Positions 1 to 14,700 of a stretch of DNA of 64,000 nucleotides are shown here, one piece after another. The notes under the pieces are model-generated. The model did not search any database, was not told the DNA's origin, and saw only the letters and a list, made by a program, of their open reading frames with translations. The stretch is from the human T2T-CHM13v2.0 reference genome, Homo sapiens. Position numbers and translations under genes: made by a program. Every line of letters begins with the position of its first letter. Within the stretch, counting starts at the first letter, position 1. The DNA lies in the NCBI RefSeq assembly GCF_009914755.1, contig NC_060926.1. The stretch is one strand, 5' to 3'.

Positions 1-2849
1 TCCAGGGCTCTCTGGTCAGGTCTAAAAATTCAGAAGTGAGTCCCATCCAAACACTCAAGATGTTAAATGTAGTGTCACTACATGGTAACACTCCATGTCA
101 GGCCTCTTCTATACTATTTCTATCAGCTCATCGTTTCACTAGAGTTCATGGAAACTCATGGACAACCTATTTGCTGGTCACATGGCACAGTGAGTCAGGA
201 TTCCTGCATCAAGCCTGTCTATCACGGTGTCTCTCACAGCAATTTCCATTTCATTGCTTCTCAAATATCATGGTGCATATCCACAATCTCAGTTTCCAAA
301 GATATGTAGCCTCCTCACAGTGTGCCCTAAAAAAACAATTATCTTCAGTTAATATTTACTTCCCTATATTTATATAGATATTGCCAAGCCCTTCCCTTTC
401 AAGCTGCAGTCTCACAGAAGAGCAATGGTGATGAAGGTTGCAGCTGGTGGCAGGAACACTGACATTTTCTCTAATTGCTCTTCTTCAAACTGGCCTAAAG
501 TTAAACTGTAATTTAGTTACCAGATTGGACTCTTGAAATATTAAGGGAATTAAACATTTTCAGAAACTCTTTAAAATGTCTAAAGAAATAAACAAAAAAG
601 TGCTTTTCAAGACTCTTATGTGTTACTAGCGATATTTAGAAACTCTGCTTTGAACTCTGAGCTGGTCAGTGGCCTCTTAGTTCCATGGTATATAAGCATT
701 AGAGGTGGACATAACCAAGGAATTATGAGTTTAGTAGAAAATAATATATAGTCTTTTTTTTAAGGCCCTAAATATTAACCCCTTTTCAAGGATAATAATT
801 TGAGGGTTTTTTTCCTATTTAAGTTACAAAATGAGAAGAAAGCTGGAAAAGAGCTGGTATTTATTGTATTAGATTTATTTTTAGGATGAGCAAAGAAAGT
901 TTATCCCAGTTGCTAATTGAATAAGTATTTTATATTTACATGCATGGCTAAAACAGAAATAGGAAGAATTGAGCATTTTGTAAATTAGACACAAGGAATA
1001 AATATATACATAAAAGCATATTGCAACATTAAATGAGATCATACAGCACAGAAGCACAGCCTTCTGAATCATTCAACTTCTTTTAATATTCCATCTATGT
1101 CAATTATTAGCTCTGTATTTTCAGCAAGTTGATTTACTTTTCTTGACTTTAGTTTGTATGACTCTTAGAAGGTATAGTGATATTGTGAAAATTAAATGAG
1201 CTAAATAGAAATTACTGCCACCAGAGTTGCTGTCATTATTATTAATTTATCATAATTTAAAAGACCTCATGTATCAAAGATTTTGCAATTTAATAATGTA
1301 AATAAGGCAAACATTTGGCCAACACATTAGTGTCAAATGATCCATTGTATGAGATATAAAAGACGAATTTATAGGAAAATAATTCAAGATTCTCATAGAT
1401 ATGCTAAAATATAAATTTGGATCAAAGACACAATCAATAAACAACACCCCCACCCCTGCCATGTGTTAACACAGAGCTAGTGAAAACCTTTCACAGAGGG
1501 CTATAAACAAATTTCAAACCCATAAGGTTGCCAGACATATTCTTTCTTATATGAAGACGGAGGGTTATGAAAGGCAGAAGCTTTTCTTCCGTAGCAATAT
1601 TTGGACTCTGTTTTGCCTGCAGCTCATTGCTGCTTTAAATAGAAAGTCAGGGAGATGCTCTCCTTAGGCAAGAGCATCTTGGCCAGGAGTTTTTCAGTGT
1701 AATCATCTTTGTTTATGAGGACCCTAATTATGTGACATACCCTTAATGGCTCTTCTTTCTCATTACTGTTGACCCCAATCCTCTCTGACTTGTCCCACCA
1801 GCATCATAAAGCTTTTCTAAAAAACTCCCCCCGGCTGAATTTCCATGGCTTTCACTCTGGTATTCAACAATGCAAGGAGCATAGTTGTGTTCCATGGAAA
1901 TAGTCTTTTATTCCACTGATATCATGTAAATTCTGAAGGATGAAATGTGATCTTTTAGTGATCTTGCAGAGCTGAGAACCCAGAATGATCTAATATATTT
2001 TGTTGAGTGAGCTTCATCGAACCATTATTAATTTCTTTATATTTTTCTCATGCTCTAAATATCCTCAGAATTCCCTGAATTATTATTCTACCTATTTTCT
2101 AGTGAAGAAGAGAGCATGTTGTAGAACAATTCAGTTTTCTCTTGTTGCATTTGAAGTTCTTTGCCTTGTATAAGAACTCCAGACATAATTTATGAGCACA
2201 AGGCTTGGAGTTTGATTATTTTAAAGCAGAGCAGCAATGTGTCTGCACAGAATCCACAGCTGCTGTAGCTGCACATTTGCATCTGGACTCACCTCACCCA
2301 CACTAAATCTGCTGCACCATCAAGCTCTTTTGAAGTCAGAGTTCTTTGGGTGTTGGTACTCAAATCCAAGTCACTGGAATAATTTAAACATAACTCAAAA
2401 AACATACTGTTTTACATGTTTTCCTGTAGCCCATACTAGGGATCATACGTAATTCATATGTTATTCTATGATAAGTGGAAATAGACTGTTGCTCATTTCT
2501 ATAAGTGAAACACCTAATTAACAAAGTGATTAATTCTCTTTCCTATACTGATTATCAATGTGACATTATGTTTCAGAGAACATTAGGCTTCAATTGATTT
2601 CTCTTTGCATGGGCTACTGTGTATTTATTTTCAACATATTGGGGTTAAACATTTAAAAATGTATTTTTAAACTGTGAACATTCAATAACCTAACAGATGT
2701 TGTTCAAATATATGGAGTGAAGAGATATTGATTAAAGAAAAGGCACCAAGAAGCATATACACACATACATGTTGCAGTCATATTAGTATAGTAGTGGATT
2801 AAATAAATTGTGATTTCCCTTAAATATGCCTCAAGGTATCATCCCACTG

Positions 2850-3395
2850 TAACTGAACACAGAATCCCCAATGCATTATGACTATCAAAGAGCAAAGCAA
2901 GGCTATCAGTTCTCAGCCAAAATTGGGGAGTATAATAATATTCATGTGATATGCATACTATATTTGAATAGAAATATTGACACACCGGAACACATCCAGT
3001 GGAGAAAAGTCAGGGTGAGGAGCTAATGGAAAGAATTTAAACCTGCTTATTTCTTTTTTCTGGGAAGAGAGAAGGCTCAGTACAGACATGATAGCTACCT
3101 TTTATATATTTGAAAGAGTATTGTGTGAAAAAATAATTTATATGTCTCATTAAATTTTGAAGGAAAATCTAGGACAAATAGGTAAGTGTTTGAATAAAGC
3201 AGATTTAAGGAAAAAATAACCATTGCAAACAATTAGAGTTGTCCAGTAATGCAATGTATGAAAAGACACTGAGTTTCTTATCACCAACAGCATTTAAATT
3301 TGGACTTCAGAAAATGCTATTGAGTATATTCAAACATCCTAATGGGAAGCTGGCCAAGATGACCCCTAATGTTCTGTGTGACCCTGAGATTTGTT
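2850..3395 (+). mobile_element. L3/CR1 LINE 3' fragment (very old)
   Basis: Resembles the CR1/L3 3' region (GAGAAGGCTCAG..GACATGATAGCTACCTTT..ATATTTGAAAG; ends AAGATGACCCCTAATGTTCTGTGTGACCCTGAGATTT); heavily diverged. Confidence 0.5.
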
Positions 3396-4280
3396 TATTT
3401 AGGATGAAGCCTGTTTGGTAACAATCTAAAATATTGCACCCATCTGGGGTATGAATATTTTAATCCAAACATATTTACGGATCAATTACTCTATTTTGTC
3501 TGGAATAGACCAAGTGTACAAGTTTATAGTTAGTTTTCTAGCACAGTTATAAATAGGGAACAGTTTCACTTTAAATACTGTTAAGATTGAACAAAAAATC
3601 TTACAGCTACACTAATTATATTGGTCGTTATTTCAAAGGATTTAAAATATTTGTATTCACAAGATACGATAGATAAATTATTTATAGCCCCTGGTGCCTA
3701 GCATGTTAAAATAATGGATATACTTAAAATTAATATTTATGTTAATATAAGAATAATATACCATATATTTTAATACTTTTACCTATGGGAAGTAATAATA
3801 TCACAATGATTATTTTAAGATCTCAAGGTAGTCTTTTATTAAGAACTTTAATGTATGTAAAGTCTGCAAAATGCTCAGGAAAAAAGTGGGTAATATTTTA
3901 CCTATAAAAAGTGAAATTTTAGAGATGTTAGAAGAATGGCCTATAAAATATTCTGTCTGGAAACAGATTTTGGATGGAGGTATAGAAAAACAAACTTTTT
4001 TGTCCAAGAATTTCCATTTTTATCATGGTGCTTCAGGGTTTAGGATTTAGTCTGTACACCAGATGTACTTATAAACAGCCACCTAAACAATATTCACTTC
4101 TACTGTATAACGTCTTTATTCATTTCCCCTTGGTACACTTTTAGCATTAATAATGTAGAATAAAGTTACGGTTCGATTTGTGAAGTAGGGCTGATTGAAA
4201 TATCAATTGCCGAAAGACTTAAAAGCAAAAGGAACTGTGGGATCACTTGATGATATTGAAAGTAGAATTGGTTTAATTAA

Positions 4281-4613
<333 letters not shown>

Positions 4614-6393
4614 TTAAAAACATAAGAATGATTTTATTCTACACAGGATGTTTGATATCGTAAAATTAGATATTTGATGTTTTCTTTATATAACATCTAT
4701 AATACACTTTCAAGAGAGTTTACTTTTCAGTATGACAAATAATAAAGGAATAGCGAACAAGCAAGACCTGTTTTCTTTAAGAAGGCTTTATGAAAAAAAA
4801 TGATTCTTCTTACTCTTTGACTTATTCATTCGATAATATTGCATATCCTCCTTATGCCTGGCAGTATCCTAGCTGCTGAGGTAATAACTGAATACTCTGG
4901 GACACATAATATAATAATTTACATACATTAACGCTTGTAATCTATATACAAATACTGCATGAGAACATCCTGAGCTGCTATTTAATCTTGGAAAGTATGG
5001 CTCTAAACTCTATATTGTTAAGTAATTTTGCATAGCTGTAGTTTCATAGAGATGAGACCACAGTTTCGAGTACTTGCTTAATGTGTCTTATAATTTATGT
5101 GTATATCATTTCTTCAAATTATTTTATTATCTTTCTGAAAGGTTGCAGCAAAGGTTGTTCTGTGGTTGTTATTGTGTGTTGCTGGTTTATGTGTATAACT
5201 TGGAAATATTTGGTAAAACTTACAGTGAAAAAATAGAAATGCTATATTGAAATGTCTGTAGGTCAGCATAATGTGAAATATTTTGTGAGTATAAAATAAA
5301 ATAAATGAGGAGGAAATCTCTATCAAAGGGTAGAGAAAGGCCAAGAATAAGAATGGGTCACGGAACTAATGAAAGAGCAGAACAATTCATTGTATGTATT
5401 TGCCATGTAATATTTTGCCATATTCAATAGTGATCAAATTTTGCTGAGTAACCATATCTTAACTGTGATCACATTACATGAGGTTAAGAATGAAATTACG
5501 ATGAAACATGCTTGAAAAAGAATATATTAGGCTTAGAACCTATTGCGTTCATGACAATTCAATATGCATATGGAAGAACTGGCAGAGTTCTTAATAAAAA
5601 TGTGACCAAGTGAGTGTACAATAAAAGAACACATTATCGTTTGAGATACTCATTAGTGATGCTTTCTTGACTGTGATGAATGAAATTGGTAGTGCAAATT
5701 TAGGTTGCAGAAATATAACTGGACATATCAGAACTGGAATATTACATTCCATAATGGTCACTCTATTTTAGAAGGGAAAGAGACAAAACTACTTCTATTC
5801 AAAACCCAATTAACAAGGTAGTTTGAAAATATAAAACTGTAGCACATGAGGACTGGTTTAAAGAAGAAAAACTCAAGGATCACGAGAATTATATTCAGAT
5901 GTTAAGAAGATACATGTGTAAATACTACAATGAGATAAAATGTAACACTATTAAAAACTTATTAACTGTTTAAATTACCTGAAATTGTGTTTGGTTTCTT
6001 CAAAGTGAGGGAATTCCAATCTAAAGGTATCTTAATGGCCACTCGTTTGGATGCTGTGAAGAAGATTCAAGCATTAAATGAGTGGTAGAGCCATAGACTA
6101 GTACTATTGTTTTTCCAAAGAAATGCGATGATGGGCAAAACATTGAAAATGGAGGGATTCTCCAACAGGGGATAAATTGAATGTGATGAGGAGGAGCAAG
6201 TGCTAATCTTTAAAAAATGTTCTCAGTTGGAAAGTATAAATGAAGAAAAGAAGTATTTTAAAGAAGTGAAGAGAAATGAACATGTGGAAGCAAAATCAGG
6301 AAAATATAGTTCCCTAAAAGTCAAGATACAAGAGAATTTTGAGAAGGATATCATTGAAAGCCTTCAATTCTAGAATAATATAATTCCTTCATA

Positions 6394-7130
6394 ATTCATT
6401 CATTTTCTTTTTTTTCTTTTTCTTTTTTTTAGTCAACAAAGACTTACAAAACTCTTACTGTGTGTGCAAGGAACTGTAAAGCATTGGGCTTTAATATTAA
6501 AACAGATAAATGCCTGCTCCCTTATAGCTTTTAGCCGTTGTGGTAGAGATTATACAACTAATTTCATAATTTATTACTTAACAACAATAGTACAACATAA
6601 AATGTAGGAATTGAAGTTGTTAGGAAAAAAATGTAAGGGTTTATGAAATAATGGAGTATCTAACCCAATCTGGTTCATCATTTAAGGCTTCTTTGAACAT
6701 AGAACAATTAAACTAAGCACTGATGTATGAAAGGGAGGCAGTTAGGCAAATTAAGTGGAGGGGAGAGTTTGTTCAGGGAATGGAAAAGATCCAGTGTCAG
6801 GGAGTTCAGAGAATGAGAGAAAGGATGGCTTGAGATGAAATGGTAAGATCAGGGATTTTACCTTTACTCTAAATGAAAAGTCCTTTAAACAGGAGCTTGA
6901 GGTCAATCTGTATTTGTAACAACCGCTCAGACTGCACTTGGGGAAATAGTAAGGTGGAGAAGTAGGAAGGGGAAAAAGGTGACTGAAGAAAAACTAGCTA
7001 AGATATCATTTTAGAATTTCAGGGAAGAGACTGATACTTTGGCCAAGGAAAGTAACAGTAGAAGTGGAATAAGTGCACCACCTTCAAGAGATTTATAAGA
7101 AGAAATTTTAATTGGAAAGAAAGAAAAAAG
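6394..7130 (-). mobile_element. L2 LINE 3' portion
   Basis: ATTCATTCATT tail followed by purine-rich diverged L2-like body. Confidence 0.55.
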
Positions 7131-8603
7131 ACAAAAAGGAATTATAGTTGCTGAAAAGAGAAGTGATAAGATTGGAAATGCGGCTTCTGGGAAGGCAGCA
7201 GGAGACGAAATGCAGAGCTTTGAAATATACAGGCAAGAAAAATGGGTGGGTGGTTAGGTGATTTAAAAAAGAGTTATTCACTTTACAAAATGAATTACAG
7301 TACGTTTTCTTTTCTGGAAACTGCTCTTTCATGATGTTCAGAAGAGGACAGGGTTTATAAACATTCCAGCTGTATACCATAAAGGCAAAGTAAGGCACAC
7401 CCACTGCCTTTTCTGTTCCTGCATTGAGTCACCAGAGGTTTGGAGAGCAATGTATGACCAATGTATGGAAAGCCTGGTACCATTTCTTATAGTACCTGAG
7501 TTATCACTATCATGTCCCTACATAAATGCTAACGTAGAATCACTCTGGCTTTTGAGTTCCAACTCAATGAAATCTTTAAATGACGTGGTTCTAGGACCAG
7601 TGCTTAGAAAAGGAAATTGAATACATATTTGAAGAAGGCTGATGTAGAGAGGGACGATGGAGAGTGCTTGATGAGAGAAATGTAGATAACAGGGATAATA
7701 ACATATAAAGGCATCATCAGTAGTACAAACCACGATTTCAGGAAATTTTCAGTGACTGAGCCTAACAGAAGAGTTTAAAGGGAAATATCAAGAGCTTCCT
7801 TCACCTATGGCAGTTTAAATTGACCATGTGCTAGAAAACAAAATAGATACCTACATACAAAAATATGAAGGAATTGGACTTTACATAGTGTTATAAATGA
7901 TCATCTTGAAAAAGAATTCACCTAGTATGAAAGATAACAACTAATTATTTTAACATTGAGTTTCAGATAAAAGACGATACAACTATACACTACCCTCCCA
8001 ACCCCCATCACAAAAGCATCAGAGATATACCTGCCTTTCCTGGTTCTGAGTGTAGTCCACATAGTTTCCAACCTCAGCTATTCCACGTCTTTCTTTGCAT
8101 CTTCTCTTCTGCCTGCATAAGTCCAGAGGTGGGCACCATAGGGCACATCTATATGACAATAAAATCTGATTCTGCCCTTTTATTTCAAGATGCAGATGAG
8201 TCAGCACAGCGAGGTGTTCTCGAGGAACCTGTACCTACACTGGCTGGCTAGCAGCAGCCTAACTGTAATTGGTAATTGTTACGAACCGTTAAGATGTATT
8301 TCACTAATCCTAAATTTACTGTGTCCACATTATCAACTTCTCTTAGTTGGACCTCCAAAATGACTTTAGCCACTTTAATGCCAGCAGAGATAAGGGGAAG
8401 AACTGTGACAAAAGGGCCGTCAGAGTAGAAAGATGAGAGGTCTTCAAAAACAAAAAAAAATTGGGCTGAGGGAAGAAGCCAAAACGTACAAATAAAAGCT
8501 TTAATTCAAGCAAACTGTAAAAAGACAGTATTCAGGTTATTAGGCAAAGTTAAATGAAAACTTGGCCTATGTGGCAAATATGTATGACATCACCCACTTT
8601 TGA

Positions 8604-9014
8604 TTTTTTGTTGTTGTTGAGACAGAATCTTTCTTTGTTGCCCAAGTTTAGTGCAGTGGTTCAGTCTCCACCTCCATTCACTGCAACTTCTGCCTCCCCA
8701 GCTCAAGAGATCCTCCTGACTCAGCCTGCTGAGTAGCACCATCATGCCCAGCTAATTTTTGCGTGTGTGTGTGTATATATAAAATATATGTATATGTATG
8801 TATGTATATAAGTATGTATGTACATATGCCTATATACATACGTACATATACATATATTTTATATATAGACACACACGCAAAATGTATGCATATATACATA
8901 CATACATATATATATACACACACACATATTTGTAGAGACAGAGTTTTGCCATGTTGCTCAAACTGATCTTAAACTCTTGGACTCGAGTAATCTGCCTGCC
9001 TCAGCCTCCTGAAG
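8604..9014 (-). mobile_element. Old Alu (AluJ-like) whose central linker is expanded into an RY microsatellite
   Basis: Right arm 8604-8760 (GAGACAG..GCTCAAGAGATCCTCC..CCCAGCTAATTTTT); left arm resumes at TTTGTAGAGACAGAGTTTTGCCATGTTGC (8929); 5' end eroded. Confidence 0.85.
8757..8928. repeat. (TG/TA/CA)n compound microsatellite containing a ~126-bp near-perfect palindrome
   Basis: Direct reading; arms 8757-8821 and 8822-8882. Confidence 0.9.
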
Positions 9015-9339
9015 TTTACTACATTTTTAAAATGCCCTACATTATCTTCTGTTTTGTCAAACTCATCTTAGGCCAATTTTTTTATTGCTCCAGTGTTTTA
9101 GCTCTAGGGAGTTCTTTGCGTTCCGACAAACTGCTAAAGTCATTCTTGCATCACCGTGTCCCCCAGTGCCGTCTCTCTTTGGTAACTCTCACACATGGCA
9201 CTGAACCCAATACTTTAATGTTTCAGCAAGATCTTCTGCATATTTCTCAAAGCTATATTTTGTTACTTAACGTCTCTCATAGCACATTTTTACATCCTAG
9301 AACTTATCGCTTGTTATTGCTATATCTTTGTTTTGTGTT

Positions 9340-9627
<288 letters not shown>

Positions 9628-9639
9628 TATTTTGTGTTC

Positions 9640-9783
9640 AGTTGTAAGAATCTGCACTAGAATAAAAGGTGTCTTAGGTGGAGTGCTGTGTCTCTTTTGT
9701 TCTTTGTTATATGACCAGTACCTAGAACACTGTTGAATACATAAAAAGGTGCCCAATAAATATTTTCTTGAAGAAACAAAATG
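9640..9783 (+). mobile_element. L2 3' end
   Basis: CCAGTACCTAGAACAC..ACATAAAAAGGTGCCCAATAAATATTT terminal motif. Confidence 0.6.
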
Positions 9784-9886
9784 CCATTTTATAAAACACA
9801 CCTAAAAGTGATGTTAAAGTGAGGACACATGATTAATACAAAATGCTTTTGGAGATGAACTAATTCACCTCCTCTACTTCACTATA

Positions 9887-10750
9887 CAGTAGTCCCCCCT
9901 TATCCACGAGGGATAATTTCAAAGTCCCCCAGTAGAGGCCTAAAATGTGAATAGCACTGAACCCCGCATATACTGTGTATGAATTTCTTTTTCCTCCTTC
10001 ACAGTTTCAAGGGTAGAAGATGCATTCTTACCATAGATCTCAGCAACATCAGCATACGATTTCTTCTTTTCTTATTATATTGAGAACTTTTGCCTTTTCA
10101 CTTAAAGGAAGCTTCACTTTTTGAAGCTTCTCTTTGGTATATCTGATTTGCCAGTGTCACTACTCTCATCCCTTGGGGCCATTACTAAGTAAAATAAGAG
10201 TTACTTGAACAGAAGCACTGTGAAGCCCCAACAGTCAACCTGATAATCCATGAGGCTACTGCGTGAATAAGGGGTGGATAGCATATATAGTGTGGATACG
10301 TTGAACAAAGAGATGATTCACGACCCTGGTGGGACACAGTGAGATGGTGTGAGATTTCATCACACTACTCAGAATGGCATGCAACTAAAAGCTTATGAAT
10401 TTTTTATTTCTGGAATTTTCCACTTAATATTTTTGGACTGTGAAGTAACTCAGGAATGGAAAACCAAGCATCATATGTTCTCATTGATATGTGGGAGCTA
10501 AGCTATGAGAACACAAACGCATTATACGGATACAATGGACTTTGGGGGACTTGGAGGGAAGGGTGGGAGGGGGTGAGGGATAAAAGACTACAAATATAGT
10601 GCAGCATATACTGTTCGGGTGATGGCTGCACCAAAATCTCAAAAATCACCACCAAAGAATTTATTCATGTAACCAAATACCACCTGTACCCCAATAACTT
10701 CTGAAAAATATTAAAAGAAAAGCAAAACCACAGATAAGAGGTGACTACTA
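9887..10750 (-). mobile_element. MER44-type (Tigger7-derived, TcMar-Tigger) non-autonomous DNA transposon, interrupted by L1PB1
   Basis: TIRs CAGTAGTCCCCCCTTATCCACG / CACAGATAAGAGGTGACTACTA with TA on both flanks; body matches recalled MER44 (GGGGCCATTACTAAGTAAAATAAG, AGATTTCATCACACTACTCAGAATGG). Confidence 0.8.
10441..10720 (+). mobile_element. L1PB1-type 3' end (5'-truncated, ~280 bp)
   Basis: GAAGTAACTCAGGAATGGAAAACCAA..GGGAGCTAAGCTATGAG..GGTGATGGCTGCACCAAAATCTCA, A-rich tail. Confidence 0.85.
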
Positions 10751-11749
10751 TATTCTAAATATTATGTTGGCATCATCACAAAAAGCAGGTCTGGTAGTAT
10801 GTGGAAATATCTTTCTAAATGTAATTGTTTTCTAAGTTTTAACATAAAGTTTTCAATAATAAATGCCCAAATAGTTTTTGGAGATGCAAACATTGAATAT
10901 TCAATTTTGAATGCATACACATCTCTTCCTTCCCTGCTTCTTTATAGACTGAGCACCAACAACAAATTATGGGACAAAAGTTATTTGCAAACATACATAT
11001 CTAGGCTTGCCAGTAATTTAAGGAAATGGAAATGAAAGCGACCTCTTATCTTCAATAAGAAATGGATTGAAAACTCCCACAAGCCCTCTTTATTTTCCTT
11101 TCATTAAATAGGTTTTTGTGAATGTGGCTTCAGCTGGGGCAAAGAATAATTCCTTGTTTCGTAGAAGTTGGCCTGACATGACAGAGATTTTTGTCATGGG
11201 GATTGGGAACATGCTACTTTGTCTGCTTTAAAGAATATTGATTTAGAGCATTTTCTCCCAGAGTCACCAGGTGGGACACTTACAGAAGGATGTGGACAAA
11301 AGCACAGGTTGCCCTAATACAACCCTGCAGAAAGATAATTAGTAGTCATGGAGGAGGGAAGTGAAAATGAGATGGAGAGGAATCCTTGCCCTGTAAATTA
11401 TTCTTGTCTTTGCACTTGAAATTATTTGGTTGTCAGAAGAAGGAGAAATCTCATAGGTACTTGCAGTCTTTACAAAGACACATTCATATAAGCTCCCTAG
11501 ACAAATGAAATAACCACAAACCACCCAAGGAAAGTTTCACATATTAGTATAAGGTAGATAATTAAGTAATTTCAATGAGACCTATTTGTCTTTATACCCC
11601 AAATTAGAACTTCTGGACATGTTGACTTTCTGGAAATTATATTTCTTTTTTATTAAGAAAATATGGAATGTTCAAAGTGGAGCAGAACTGTTATTTTGGT
11701 ATATTTATTATTGTATCTAACAATGTACTCATTTATTCCAGTTATGTAT

Positions 11750-14700
11750 GGTTTTTTTCATGAAAGAAAATTTACCCACTTAAATTTATAGCTCACTAAA
11801 TTTTGGCAAATGTACACAGCGATGAAACAACCACCACAACAAAGATAGAATAGTTTCATCATTCCATCCATCTATTATATGAAAAAGTTCCATATTTTTA
11901 TCTTGTCCTTTGGCAATGAATTCCTTCCCAACACTCTAGCCCTAGGCAGCTGTTAATTTGCTTTCTGTCACAGTAATATGGCCACTCTAGAATTTCATAT
12001 TAAGGGAATTATACATGTGCTGTTGTTTTTAATTATTGTATTTAGCTTAATTTTTATATTTATCCATGTTGTAGCATTTATTAATACTTTGTTCTTTTTA
12101 TTTTATTGGTCAATAGTATTCCTGTGGGATGTGTGAGTGTGTGTGTGCACCAATTTGTTTATTTATTCACCATTTGATGAATGTTGTTATCCCTAATTTG
12201 AGATGAATATGAACAATGCTGCTAAGACTAATCATTAAAACACCTATGAACAGTCATATGCTTTTTTGCCTTTGGTAGTTGCTAAGAGTAGAATACCTGG
12301 GTGGTATTTTATATGTATTTAACTTTACAATACTACCATAATGTTTTCCAAAATGGCTGTATTTTATATTCTCACTAGTAGTGCTGACTTCATAAAATGA
12401 GGAAGTATTCCCTCTATTTTTTGTGAGAGATTTTGTAGAATTGATATTGTTTCCTTCTTAAATGTTTGATAGATTTGCCAGTGAAACCATCTGAAATTAG
12501 AACTTTCTTCTTTGGGAGGGTTTTTAATGACACATTTAATTACTGATATAGGTTATAAATATCTATAGATAGATTTATATAATACATAATACCTATAACC
12601 TTATGCGTGTGTGCATATATACATACACATACATGGTTCTCTCACTATTTGGGTATTCTATTTTTTATAATTTTGATAATTTACATCTTTTGAGGCATTG
12701 AATTTTATTTAAGTGGTTGAATTTGTAGGTATATGGGTTTTCCATAATATTTTCTGACTATATTTTTAATATCTTTGAGATTAGTTGTAATGTCTGATTT
12801 TTGGTCCTAATTTCGTAATTTATCCCTTTGTTCCCCCACACCGTTGGCCAGCCTGTCAGGAAGTTTATAATTTTTGTTGAGTTTTAAACAAGAGTACTTT
12901 TGATTTAATTGATTCTATTTTTGTTGTTGTTTTCATTAGTTTGTGTTCTAACCTTTATTATGTATTTCTTCTTACTTCCATTGGATTTAATTTGCTCTTC
13001 AGTATCTAAAGTGGAAGATTTGGTTACTGACTTTAGATCTTTCTTTTTGTCTTTAAAAGCATTTAATGCTATAAACTTCTCTCTAAGCACTGATTTAACT
13101 CCATCCCATCAGTTTGATATGTTGTATTTTCAGTTTCACTCAGATCAAAATTTTTTAGTTTTCTATTTAGACTTATACTTTTCCCTGTGGGTTACATAGA
13201 AATAAATTGTTTAATCAACAAGTATGTGAGAAGTTATTTCAATTGCAATTTTAAGACATATTTTGAATTATTTGTATTCCTTTAAATTTGTTAAGATTTG
13301 TTTTATGACCCAAAATATGGTCTATCTTTGTGCATGTTTCATTTGCACTTGAGGATAATGTATATTCTCCTGTTGTTTGAAATGTACTATAAATGTTAAT
13401 CACGTCAAGTTTATTGATCATTTTATTTAGATCATCTATGTCTATTTTCTGCCTACTTGTTTTATCGATTATTTGAAGAAAAGGTGGTGATTTCTGCTAA
13501 AATGATTGTGGATTTGTCTATTTCTCCGTTCAAATCAATCAGCTTTTGCCACATGTATTATTAAGCTCTGTTGTTAGTTTTTTGTGCATATAGAATTTTT
13601 ATGTCTTGGAGAATTTTATGTCCCTTTCTACCCTTGATTATTTTCCATGTTCTGAAATCTACTTCGATTGATGTTAATACAGCTACTCCATCTTTCTTTT
13701 GGTTAGTGTCTACATGGGTTTTCTCATCCTTCTATGTTTTTAAAAAATAAACTTTTCTTTGATGATGATTTTAGATTTGCCAGGAATTGCAATATATAAA
13801 TATTGCAAATACAAAGAGTACCCACATATCTCTCACTCAATTCCATTTTACCTTACCAGAGTTTATTTTAAAAATCTTTGATACCAACATTTGTTATTTT
13901 CCAAATTTTATTTCCCTGTCCCAGGATCCAATTCAGGATATCGCATTTATCTAGTCACCATTTCTCCTTAGTCTCTTCTGGTCTGTGGCAATTTCTGTCT
14001 TTCCTTGTTTCTCATGTTGTTACTAGACTTTATAAATCCTGGCCAGACATGTGTAAAATGAGTCTTAATGTGGGATTGTCTGATGTTTTCCTCATTGCTA
14101 GGCTGGTATTATGAATTTTAGGGAAGAAAACTGTAGAACTGAAGTGCCCTTCTCATCCTAACATATCAGGGAGTACATGACATAAACGTGATGTACTGGT
14201 GATGCTAACATTGATCACTTGGTTAAAGTTGTGCTGATATGTTTCTCCAGTATAAAGTTACTATTTTTCCACTTTGTGTCTTCTATTCATTGAAAACAAG
14301 TCACTAAATCAAGCCCACACTCAAGGCTGGGACAGAATATGGGTTAAACTAAACTTCCAGGAGTTGAAACATCTATATATAGGATGTGAAATTTTATGAT
14401 GCTGCTCTGTCCTCTCTCTCCCATTCATCCATCTATCTATGTATCTATCATCTATTTTCATTCATTGATTTAATCATTTATTTCTAAGTATATTAATATT
14501 TATTTTGCACTTTTTGTTGTAATCTAATAACACATTCTTTTTTTTTCAACTTGTTCTAGCTTTGACCATTGGGGACTTCTTCAGGTCTTGTTTATTTCTC
14601 TAGTAATATGTTCTCATTATGTTGTTTTTTTGAGCATCCTTTTCACTTTAACCTTCCTGTATCTTTATATTAAAAATGGGTTTCATGTACATAATATATA

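Noticed and set aside
36-377. 113-aa ORF at the window start
   Set aside because: Non-ATG start, no recognisable homology; size expected by chance.
5560-6100. Possible second L3/CR1 relic (also 45950-46222)
   Set aside because: Similarity too weak to call by eye; needs an HMM search.
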